Virus record (IMG/VR): IMGVR_UViG_3300005611_000113 | Location: 1-33,442 of that record | Origin: a virus | Taxonomy: Duplodnaviria; Caudoviricetes | Direction: 5' to 3' (one strand) | DNA: 33,442 nt | Part shown: in pieces, positions 23,969 through 32,200 of the stretch | Numbering within the stretch: the stretch's first letter is position 1 | Layout: each line of letters starts with the position of its first letter | Made by a program: the position numbers and the translations under genes | The notes under the pieces: model-generated | What the model was told of the DNA's origin: nothing | What the model saw: the letters and a program-made list of their open reading frames with translations, nothing else | Database searches by the model: none

Positions 23969-25644
23969 GAGGTCTTCCTGGGCTGGCCTCCGATGACCAC
24001 CGAGCCGGGGCCTGTCTCCATGTACCGGGCCAGCATCTCGGCCCTACGGTCCTCACGGACTTGGTGCATCTCGAGGTCTCGGTCCCGCGCCATGGCGTCC
24101 GCCAGGAAGGCCAGGGCCATCGAGAGCGCGTCGAGTCGGTCGTCATGCCGCAGGGCACCACGCTCCCTGGTGATCCGAGAGAACTGGTGCATCAGCTGGT
24201 AGGCCCGCTGCTGATCGGGCGGGAGGTCCTGGGTGCTCTCGTAGTCCCTCTGGATCACCGAGCGGTTGAAGATCAGGCGCCGCCCAGAGCTCAAGGGCTC
24301 AATGGTGTCGCAGATCCGACGCTCCTTCTGGATGTGGTGCCGCACCAGGTCCACCGTGCAGGGGTAGCCCATGCGCTTCAGCACCGGGGCCAGCAGGGAA
24401 GCGAACATCCCTTGGCCCAGGTTCTCCTCCACGATGATCCGGGCCACCTTGTACCTGCGGGCCACCCTGGCGATCTCCTCGAGCACCGGCTCCTCGAAGC
24501 CACCCTTGATCCCTTTGCACTCGAGGACGAAGGCCTGGCCCGCATAGGAGCCACAGACAGCCAAGGAAGTCTCGTCAGCACCGCGGCCCGAGGGGTCCAC
24601 CGCGAGCACCTTGGTGTCGTAGGAAACGAGGTCCCCATCGGTGGCCATGGAGCGGTAGTACCTGTCCCCGTTGAAGCCCACGCAGGGCAGATCGTTGATC
24701 ACCTTCTCGGGGTCGTTGCACCAGATGTACTTCTCGTAGCACTTGTCCTCATCGAGGTCCGCGACCTGGAGGTCGTTGATCTTCAGCGGGTAGCGGTCGA
24801 GGTCGCTCAGCGACTGGTCCAGCATGAACTGGAGGTTGAACATCGAGCGCCCATAGGCGAGCTCACGCTCCATCAGATCCTCGACGGAGAACCGCTTGGG
24901 GTCCGTGGGGGTGCCCGCTGACTCCTCCAGCTCCGCGATCATCGGGGCCAGGAGCTCCCCATAGCCCACCTTCTGCTTGTGAGTGGGCACCCGTGCGGGC
25001 CAGATGCGCGTCTTGAACCCACGGGCCGGGAGCTCCTTGAGGATGTCCTGCTCCGTCTGGGGCGTGCCGAGGTAGATGATGCGACCCCCCGGCTTCAGGA
25101 TGGCCTCGTACTCACTGGTGGCTGCGACCAGCTTGTCTCGCATCATCTGCGTCTGAGAGTTCGCCCAGGACGCTACGTCGTCACAGATGATCTCGGTGGC
25201 CCTCGCGCCCGTGATGGAGGAGTAGACGCCCTTGGAGGTCACAGAGGGCGCGTGAGAGGGCGGGGCTGGCCCCACATCGAAGGCCACCTTTGAGTTCCGC
25301 TGGTTGTCCCTGGGGCGCAGGTGCTGCGTCAGGGAGCCCATCTCCTCGATGAGCCGCAGCGTGAACGTGCTGAAGTCATCTGAGCGGTTCTTCGAGGCCG
25401 AGATGACCAAGAAGTTCAGGCTCGGGTCCAGCAGCAGACGCCACACCACATAGGCCGAGGTGATGTAGCTCTTGCCTACACCACGGAAGGCCTGGATCAC
25501 GGAACGCTTCGGGCCGCTCGCCAGGTAGTCCGCGATGTCGTACTGGACTGGCGTGGGCTCAGGGAGACCTAGAGCACTCCACGCCAGCCAGAGGAAGTTC
25601 TTGAACCCCGACGCTCCTTGGAGCCTAGGGTCCACCTGCGTCAC
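23956..25644 (-). CDS. Terminase large subunit, T7 gp19-like
   Basis: IQAFRGVGKSYITSAYV, ITGARA..IICDDV, YLGTPQ, VDPSGRGADET, HDDRLDAL. Confidence 0.97.
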   Translation of the reverse strand: MTQVDPRLQGASGFKNFLWLAWSALGLPEPTPVQYDIADYLASGPKRSVIQAFRGVGKSYITSAYVVWRLLLDPSLNFLVISASKNRSDDFSTFTLRLIEEMGSLTQHLRPRDNQRNSKVAFDVGPAPPSHAPSVTSKGVYSSITGARATEIICDDVASWANSQTQMMRDKLVAATSEYEAILKPGGRIIYLGTPQTEQDILKELPARGFKTRIWPARVPTHKQKVGYGELLAPMIAELEESAGTPTDPKRFSVEDLMERELAYGRSMFNLQFMLDQSLSDLDRYPLKINDLQVADLDEDKCYEKYIWCNDPEKVINDLPCVGFNGDRYYRSMATDGDLVSYDTKVLAVDPSGRGADETSLAVCGSYAGQAFVLECKGIKGGFEEPVLEEIARVARRYKVARIIVEENLGQGMFASLLAPVLKRMGYPCTVDLVRHHIQKERRICDTIEPLSSGRRLIFNRSVIQRDYESTQDLPPDQQRAYQLMHQFSRITRERGALRHDDRLDALSMALAFLADAMARDRDLEMHQVREDRRAEMLARYMETGPGSVVIGGQPRKTSWLG

Positions 25645-25827
25645 CTAGAGCTCCTCGTACTTGATCTTGAGGGCAGCGCGCTTCGGACGCCGGGTAGCAG
25701 TTCCCGTGCGCTTCGGTGCAGCACTTGAGCGCGATCTCGAGCGCGTAGAGCGCCGCTTGGGCCGCTGGGAGCCCGAAGCCGGCTGGGCAACAGAGGGGGT
25801 GATGGGAGGGGGCGTTCCACGGGGCAT
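25645..25827 (-). CDS. Small, very basic hypothetical protein
   Basis: 60 aa, Arg/Lys/Ser-rich; exactly fills the gap between the terminase genes. Confidence 0.5.
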   Translation of the reverse strand: MPRGTPPPITPSVAQPASGSQRPKRRSTRSRSRSSAAPKRTGTATRRPKRAALKIKYEEL

Positions 25828-25829
25828 GT

Positions 25830-26054
25830 CTAACCTACTTGGCCAAGGGCCTGATCAGGAGAATCGAAGGGGAGGGCGCTAGCGATGTTGGCGATGGGGG
25901 AGTCCGCGAACGCCACACTGTCGATCCCGTTGTCCTTCAGGAACTGACGGGCCACGGAGAGGTCAGCAGCTGTTGCCTCCCCGCTCTGGATCTTTACCAA
26001 GAGGTCTTCTGCCAGCGAACTGTGCAGTGCCTCGAGAAGCTCACTCATGTTCAT
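25830..26054 (-). CDS. Terminase small subunit, T7 gp18-like
   Basis: L..LH..LA..LL.KIQSGEATAADLSVARQFLKDNGI...LPF. Confidence 0.9.
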   Translation of the reverse strand: MNMSELLEALHSSLAEDLLVKIQSGEATAADLSVARQFLKDNGIDSVAFADSPIANIASALPFDSPDQALGQVG

Positions 26055-26057
26055 GGG

Positions 26058-26378
26058 TCACTCCATCAGGCCCACAAGGACCGAGGCACCCGTGGCGCCC
26101 TTCATCACCGCTCGCATCTGCGGCAGGACGGCCACTCCGGTCTGCAAGACTTCATCGGTGCCCGCGGCACTCAGGGCACCAGAGGTGGCGATCTCCACCC
26201 AGCTCATGTCCGGGTGCAGGCGACCTTGCAGCTCGATCTCCGTGCAGGTGCCAGCCGTGATCTTGAACTGCACAGCACCAGCCTCGTCGTCCACCAGCTG
26301 GCAGTTGTGCTGATCTCCAGCGGTTTCCCCAACCTCGGTGACCGTGGTGGTCTCGAGGAGCATAATCACTTTGCTCAT
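26058..26378 (-). CDS. Hypothetical beta-rich protein, paralog B
   Basis: 106 aa; aligns by eye with the product of 26383-26709. Confidence 0.75.
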   Translation of the reverse strand: MSKVIMLLETTTVTEVGETAGDQHNCQLVDDEAGAVQFKITAGTCTEIELQGRLHPDMSWVEIATSGALSAAGTDEVLQTGVAVLPQMRAVMKGATGASVLVGLME

Positions 26379-26382
26379 CTGG

Positions 26383-26709
26383 CTACTCCATGATGTAGAT
26401 GGTGTACGTCGCGCTCGAGGCTCCCACCAGGCGCGTGCGGATCTGAGGAAGAACGGGAAGCCCCGTCATGATGAGGTCGGTGGAGGTGCTCAAGCTTGCA
26501 GGCCCACCGTTCTCCGCGGTGTCCGTAATGGTCACCCAGCCGAACTCATTAGAGAGGCGACCTTGCCACTCGACTTTACTGGCCGTGCCAGCAGTGAGTT
26601 CCACCTGCATCGCGCCGGATTCATCATCGACTGCCTGACAGAGAATTCGGAGCCCCGTGCGGTCCCCTGTGAAGGCTGTGCCGTTGTTAGTTAGTGTGAC
26701 CTTTGCCAT
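26383..26709 (-). CDS. Hypothetical beta-rich protein, paralog A
   Basis: Likely start ATG 26709 (MAKVTLTNNG), 108 aa. Confidence 0.75.
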   Translation of the reverse strand: MAKVTLTNNGTAFTGDRTGLRILCQAVDDESGAMQVELTAGTASKVEWQGRLSNEFGWVTITDTAENGGPASLSTSTDLIMTGLPVLPQIRTRLVGASSATYTIYIME

Positions 26710-26710
26710 T

Positions 26711-26923
26711 TCATTTCTTGTTGAAGAACTCGAGACCGAGGGTGATGAGAAGACTGATAGCGGCTGCACCACCTAATGCCCAAGCGCGCCCCTGTTCGAG
26801 GAGCTTGACCCGGTCATCGAGGCTCTTGATCTCTTCGTGATGCACGCGCATCGTTGCCAGGATCGAGTCCACCTTGCCCTCAAGGCGACCGATGGCCAGC
26901 AAGAGATCGTCTTGTGCGCTCAT
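26711..26923 (-). CDS. Holin-like / XhlA-like small membrane protein
   Basis: Coiled-coil IGRLEGKVD...LDDRVKLLE, one C-terminal TM segment and a KK tail; sits at the T7 gp17.5 position. Confidence 0.55.
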   Translation of the reverse strand: MSAQDDLLLAIGRLEGKVDSILATMRVHHEEIKSLDDRVKLLEQGRAWALGGAAAISLLITLGLEFFNKK

Positions 26924-27324
26924 CAGTCAGTCGTGGCAGCTCGGATGATGAAGTTGAAGACGATGCCGTGGTCCTTGGTGCCATCTGACTCCACGATCTT
27001 TTGGCCCGTTGCGGCCAGTGTGGCACCGTCTAGCCCATCGACACCCGTGGTCACGCGGCTGGCAGCCGAGGCCCCCATGTCGTCCTTGCCAACCAACACA
27101 CGACCACGCAGGTCAGGCACGTTGAACGTGGTGCTCCCATCACCAGCACCGAAGCTGATGCCCACAGCGGTGAACAAGGTGGCGTAGTCCGTGCGGCTGA
27201 TAGCCGTGCCATCACACCACACCCAGCCATCGGGAAGCGTAGCGCCCGCGTAGGCAATAATGGCCCCAATGGGCATCAGCATGCCGGGGAATTCCACCCC
27301 CGCTACTCGCATCTTTGTGACCAT
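26923..27324 (-). CDS. Phage tail-collar domain protein
   Basis: PIGAIIAYAG..LPDGWVWCDG.AISRTDYATLF.AVG..FGAGDGSTTFNVPDLRGR and C-terminal FNFIIRA; likely start ATG 27324. Confidence 0.9.
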   Translation of the reverse strand: MVTKMRVAGVEFPGMLMPIGAIIAYAGATLPDGWVWCDGTAISRTDYATLFTAVGISFGAGDGSTTFNVPDLRGRVLVGKDDMGASAASRVTTGVDGLDGATLAATGQKIVESDGTKDHGIVFNFIIRAATTD

Positions 27325-27326
27325 GA

Positions 27327-29240
27327 TTAGAGTCCTTCGTAGCCGTAGACGAGAACGCGACAACCCGTGTCAAACTTGACACTACTTAGCGTGCGGAAGC
27401 GGAGCCCTTCGATGGTCGATGCGGCATAACCCGAAGAAGTACTTAGGCCGCCAAGCTGTTCGTATTCCGTAAACCCATCACCGATCCTGCGACGGCCCCT
27501 CCAGTGTAGGTACTTGTAGCCCGCCCCTCCTGAAGTACTGGCGTTCCCCATGAGCTTAATGCGCCCACTTACCGAAGTGGTTGTGTCGTAGCCATGGGCC
27601 AGGTAGATGGTATCGGACGCCGACGTTGGTGTCGTCGAGGTGCGGTACACAGCGGTGCTCGGATAAGTGCCGTCTGGCATCTTTAGCCGGACACCCCAGC
27701 CCGTTGTGGAGAGCGTGCGGAACGCGAGAAGCACGACCTCGTACCAGAGATACTTGGAGCCATCAAACCAGCCCGAGACATCAAAGCTGGTCACATCAGA
27801 ACCCAATGTGTAGTCCGTGATCAACGTGCCCCTCATGGCCGACTGCGTGCTCACATCCACATAGGCCTTCGTGGCTGCGTGCTGGGCAGAGGTCGGGTCG
27901 GGCAGGTTGGTGATGAACTGGCTGTTCATGTTCACAGCAGCCGTTGCCGCAGCCAGCGAGCTCACGGGCGTAGCCGTCACAGCAGCGTTGAAGTTGCTGA
28001 TGTCTGCTGTGACCAAGGTGCCTGTTGTGAGGTCGGCGCTTCCCGCATCCACACGCAGCACCTGGGCCGTAGAGCTCGCGTTGGCGGCACTGAGGAAGTC
28101 GGTGTTCTTCAGCCTTGCGTAGTCCACCGAGCTGTCCGCGATCTTCGCCTCAGTCACAGCATCGGTGCCCAGCTTGGCAGCCGTCACAGAGGCGTCCTCG
28201 AGCTTGGCCGTGGTGACCGAGGCATCCGCCAGCTTGCCCGTGGTGACATTGGCGTCCACCAGCTTAGCGGTGGTGACAGATGCATCCCCAAGCTTGGCTG
28301 TCGTGACGGCTGCATCTTGCAGCATGGCCGTGGTGACCGAGTCGTCATCAAGCACAGCTGAGTCAAGGAACCGCGCCTTGCCAAAGTTCAGCACGTTGAT
28401 GATCTGCCCATCGGCAGGCGTGTAGCTCACAAACACCAGCTCCGAGTTGGTGGCCCCACCAATCACGGTGTAGTCGTCCGCAGGCAACTGGAGCACCCCG
28501 TCGAGCCCCACGACCAGCATGGCAGCTTCAGCGTAGGGCGCACCGGTCAGCGTGAAGCTGTTGGTTGCCCCGTCTGCGGTGAACTTGAAGGCCTGGGGCA
28601 CGCCCGCAATACCCCAAGTGGCTACGTCATCGACGTACTTCTTGGTGGCCGCTTGCTGATTGCCAGCAGGGTCAAGCACCCCGTCGATGCGCTTGTCGGC
28701 ACCAGAGCGCGAGGCATCGTAGGTGCCCGCTGTGCCATCCCAGGGCAGGAACCCATCGTCCACATAGGTCTTGTTGACGGCATCGGTGCCCGAGGTGGGT
28801 GTGGCAACTCGAGCTACCTGCTGGCTCTCGGCGTCCCAGGCACCCAGGGTTGCCGAGTAGGGGAGGTAGGTGGGCGTGGCGCTACCACCCGAGGAGGACT
28901 GCTCAAAGGCCTCCTGGGCAATGTAGAGCAGCTGGAGCGCAGAGGTGTCCAGTTGGTCCTCGGTCAGCACCGTAGCGTCCGCGAAGTCCACCAGGCGATC
29001 TGACTTCCCTCGGGGCGTGGAGCGCAACAGGAGCACTGAGGCCCCATCGGCAGGGGCAGAGCCGAAGACGACATCGGAGCCCACAATGGAGTAACCCGAG
29101 GTCTGCTTCACATCGTCAACGTAGACGAGGATCCCTTCTGGGGTGACCCCGACGACGACGGTGTCTGCCAGGTAGTCGAAGGCAATGGCGAAGTTCGTCT
29201 GACTCCCCGTGCCGGTGTAGCTGGAGTATGAGTAAGGCAT
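27327..29240 (-). CDS. Tail fibre protein, T7 gp17-like N-terminus
   Basis: MPYSYSSYTGTGSQTNFAIAFDYL...LLRSTP....VDF.D..VLTE..LD....QLLY.AQE; internal AATK.YVD and DASVTTAKL repeats. Confidence 0.92.
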   Translation of the reverse strand: MPYSYSSYTGTGSQTNFAIAFDYLADTVVVGVTPEGILVYVDDVKQTSGYSIVGSDVVFGSAPADGASVLLLRSTPRGKSDRLVDFADATVLTEDQLDTSALQLLYIAQEAFEQSSSGGSATPTYLPYSATLGAWDAESQQVARVATPTSGTDAVNKTYVDDGFLPWDGTAGTYDASRSGADKRIDGVLDPAGNQQAATKKYVDDVATWGIAGVPQAFKFTADGATNSFTLTGAPYAEAAMLVVGLDGVLQLPADDYTVIGGATNSELVFVSYTPADGQIINVLNFGKARFLDSAVLDDDSVTTAMLQDAAVTTAKLGDASVTTAKLVDANVTTGKLADASVTTAKLEDASVTAAKLGTDAVTEAKIADSSVDYARLKNTDFLSAANASSTAQVLRVDAGSADLTTGTLVTADISNFNAAVTATPVSSLAAATAAVNMNSQFITNLPDPTSAQHAATKAYVDVSTQSAMRGTLITDYTLGSDVTSFDVSGWFDGSKYLWYEVVLLAFRTLSTTGWGVRLKMPDGTYPSTAVYRTSTTPTSASDTIYLAHGYDTTTSVSGRIKLMGNASTSGGAGYKYLHWRGRRRIGDGFTEYEQLGGLSTSSGYAASTIEGLRFRTLSSVKFDTGCRVLVYGYEGL

Positions 29241-29242
29241 GG

Positions 29243-32200
29243 TCACTGCATGGGGAAGAGAACGTCACGGACGACATCTACGCTGACGCCGCGTCGAAGG
29301 GCTTCGTTGGCGATGGTCTGATTGCGGGCCTGAGCTCTGACTTCGGGGAACTCGGTGAGCATCTGGCGCAGAGCAGCGGCCCGATACCGAGTGATGATCC
29401 GCTGCACCTCGCTGACTCTGGGCGAATCGGCATCCAACTCAGACACCCCATCCGTGGGCAGCTCTTGGTAGCGGCGCGACTGGATGAGCCTGCGGAGCTG
29501 TTGGCGCAAGGTGCGCCCCGAGCCTTCCCCAAGACGGACTGTGCCCGAGAGCTCCAGCCACCTGTCGTAGGCCGACTGGCCCGAGGAGTTCTGGTAGTCC
29601 GTCAGGTCCGTGCCGTATTTCTTGGGCTGCGGCAGCGTCAGAGGGAAAGCCAGAGCAGCCAGCTCGTTGGTGACCAAGTCATCCGAGGTCTGGTTGATCA
29701 GCAGCGGGAGGAGGACATTGGTTGCATCGGCAGCGTAGCGCGCCGCTCCATCGAAGGTCTTCTTGTCCACGGGCTCACCCAAGACAGTCCGCTGGGGATC
29801 GAGCATCGCCGCTCCAAGGAGGGGCACCCTGGAGAGCATCCGATCCACCATGGAACGCACGCCCGCCATGGAACGTACTGACACCCTGTTCTGGTCCGTC
29901 ACATCGCGAAGAGAGGCCACCAACGAGGGTGTGGTGAGAGCAGCCAGCAAGCGACCGCCCGTCTGCTCCACCGCCCGCTCTGGCTCGTCAATCAGGCTGC
30001 TGACTTGGACAAGGCCTTGGAGGTAGGACTTCGACTCGATGTTGTGCAGCACCGAGATCAGAGCCGCCACAAGCACACCTTCGTCCTCATTCTGAGAGGC
30101 TTCGGAGAACTTCCCTGCATCCGCGATATCGGCGTAGATGCCCAGGATCGTCGCGAACGGGTCCATCTTCTGGTAGCTGACGTAGGTGTCCCCGAACTTG
30201 AAGCTGTAGGGCTGCCAGCCAGCTTGAGTCATGAGGTTCCGCTGGTTGCGGTCCCTCGGGCCAGCACCCGTGATCGTGCCCGCCAAGGCGGCTACGCTGA
30301 AGACGGACGCGAAGCCCATGGCTGCCGAGGCTCGCCCAAGGGCAGCGGAGCGCACAGCTGCGTCATCTGAGGTGATCTCTCGAGCGAAGCGGTTCCGCAG
30401 CGTGTCCAGCCCCTGGTCCTTGAACTTGACCTTGTAGAGGTACTCAGCAGCCCCCGTGATGTCCTTGTTCAGACCCGGTAGCGCCGTGCGCTCCCCGGCG
30501 TACATGAGGATGTTCAGAGGCGTGCGGATGAACGGGACGAACAGACGGAACAGCGGGTGCCTGTTGCCGAATTCGGTCATCGAGACCCCCAGGCTCGAGA
30601 GCGCACCGGCCTCGGAGTCGAGCTCCTTGGTGAACGTGCGGTATCGAGCCTTCTCCAGAGCCCTCTCCGCAAGAAGGCCGCGGTCAAGCACCTCGAGGTT
30701 CCCCATCTGTTGCTGCATCCAAGCACGCTGGTCAGCCTCCATCTCCTCGATGCCGAGGGCGTGCTGGTACTTGGGGTGGTCGGGCCGGAACTTCTTCCTG
30801 GCAGCGATCTGGAGGTTGCGTTCCGTCAAGGCTTGGCCACGGCGGGTGAGGGCGTCCAGCTCGACACGCACGAACTCATCCAAGTTGTCGATCTCACCAG
30901 CAGCCAGCTTCTTCCGCCCCTCGAACAGAAGGTCAGCGGTGACGCTCGAGCGGTAGTTCCACTGCTTGTAGAACTCGTCCGTTGCCATCAGTGCACGGCT
31001 CGGGAGGCGAAGGAAGCTGCCAAACCACTCGATGGCATGCCCAAGGCCCTTCTCAGGGTCCAGCTCTCGGCCCAACACGGAACCGGCGTTCTTCGCGTTC
31101 CACGCCTCCTTCATGTGCTGAGGGAGATCGAGGGCCGCAGCGGTGTCGTCGAGGATGTAGTCTCCCTTCTTCCAGGCCCGGCGACCCCAACGAAGCGCCT
31201 CGGAGAACTGGGTGTAGAGAGCCGAGAACTCATCGAGTGCCCTGGCTGCCTCGGCTGCATAGGCCTCCGTGGGCTTGCCCTTGAGGTGGGCGATCCCTTG
31301 GCCCACACGGGCCCCCAGAAGCGCCTCCATCGGCCCGTAGACCGTGGTGGCGAGGTTGCCCAAGGTGTTCGTGGAGAACGTCCGCACAGAGCTGAGGACG
31401 AAGTTCACGAAGTACTCGTTGAGCATGAAGCTGAACTGAGCCTTGCGGTCGAACTTCTCGATCATGCGGACAGCGGCCATGTTGTTCTTGCCGCCCAGGT
31501 TCCGCGCCTCGAATAGCTTGTCCCCTCTACTCAGAACTGCGTCCCGGCCCCCCATCTCCCTGATGCTGATCTCCATCATCTCAGGAGTCATCATCCGAGC
31601 GGCTCTGGCCTGGTGTCGGTGCAGAGCGCGTCCGTGCTCTCGCCTGATGGCATTCCAGCCCTTGAACAACTCCGCAGCGTCTCGCTCTGCGTGGCCAACC
31701 GCAATGAGTGCCTGATCCTGCGTGAGCTCCACCTTCTTCAGTGCAGCCTGGTCTCCCTTGGCTGCACGGTGCAGCAGTTCCATATCGTTGAGGTGTCGGT
31801 CGATGTAGCCAAGGAGGGCCGTCGCATTGAGGCTGTCCTCTCCAATCGAGGCAGCCAGGCGTTTGGACCACGCAGCCACCTCTTCTGGCTTTTGCCCCCA
31901 AAGGTGCGCCCATGCCCGCTCGCCGGCCTCGCGCTCCGATGCTTCAACAAAGCCTTCCTTCGCACCCCGGCCACGCGGACGATCAACGGTGGCACCCTTG
32001 CCCACTTGCTCCTTGGGCAGCGGGTTGCCCAGGTGGTCCACTGCGTTGTCTGCGGCGTCTTGGACGGCATACAGGATTGCCAGCTTGCGGTTGGCACCAG
32101 GGCTCAAGGTGGCCGTGTTGACCACCCCCGCGAGCTTCTCAAGGACATCCTCACCGTTTGCCAGGGCCTCCTCGATCCTCGAGACAGCTTCGAGGGCTTG

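Noticed and set aside
27327-27750. Diversity-generating retroelement target
   Set aside because: No reverse transcriptase and no template-repeat copy were seen in the window.
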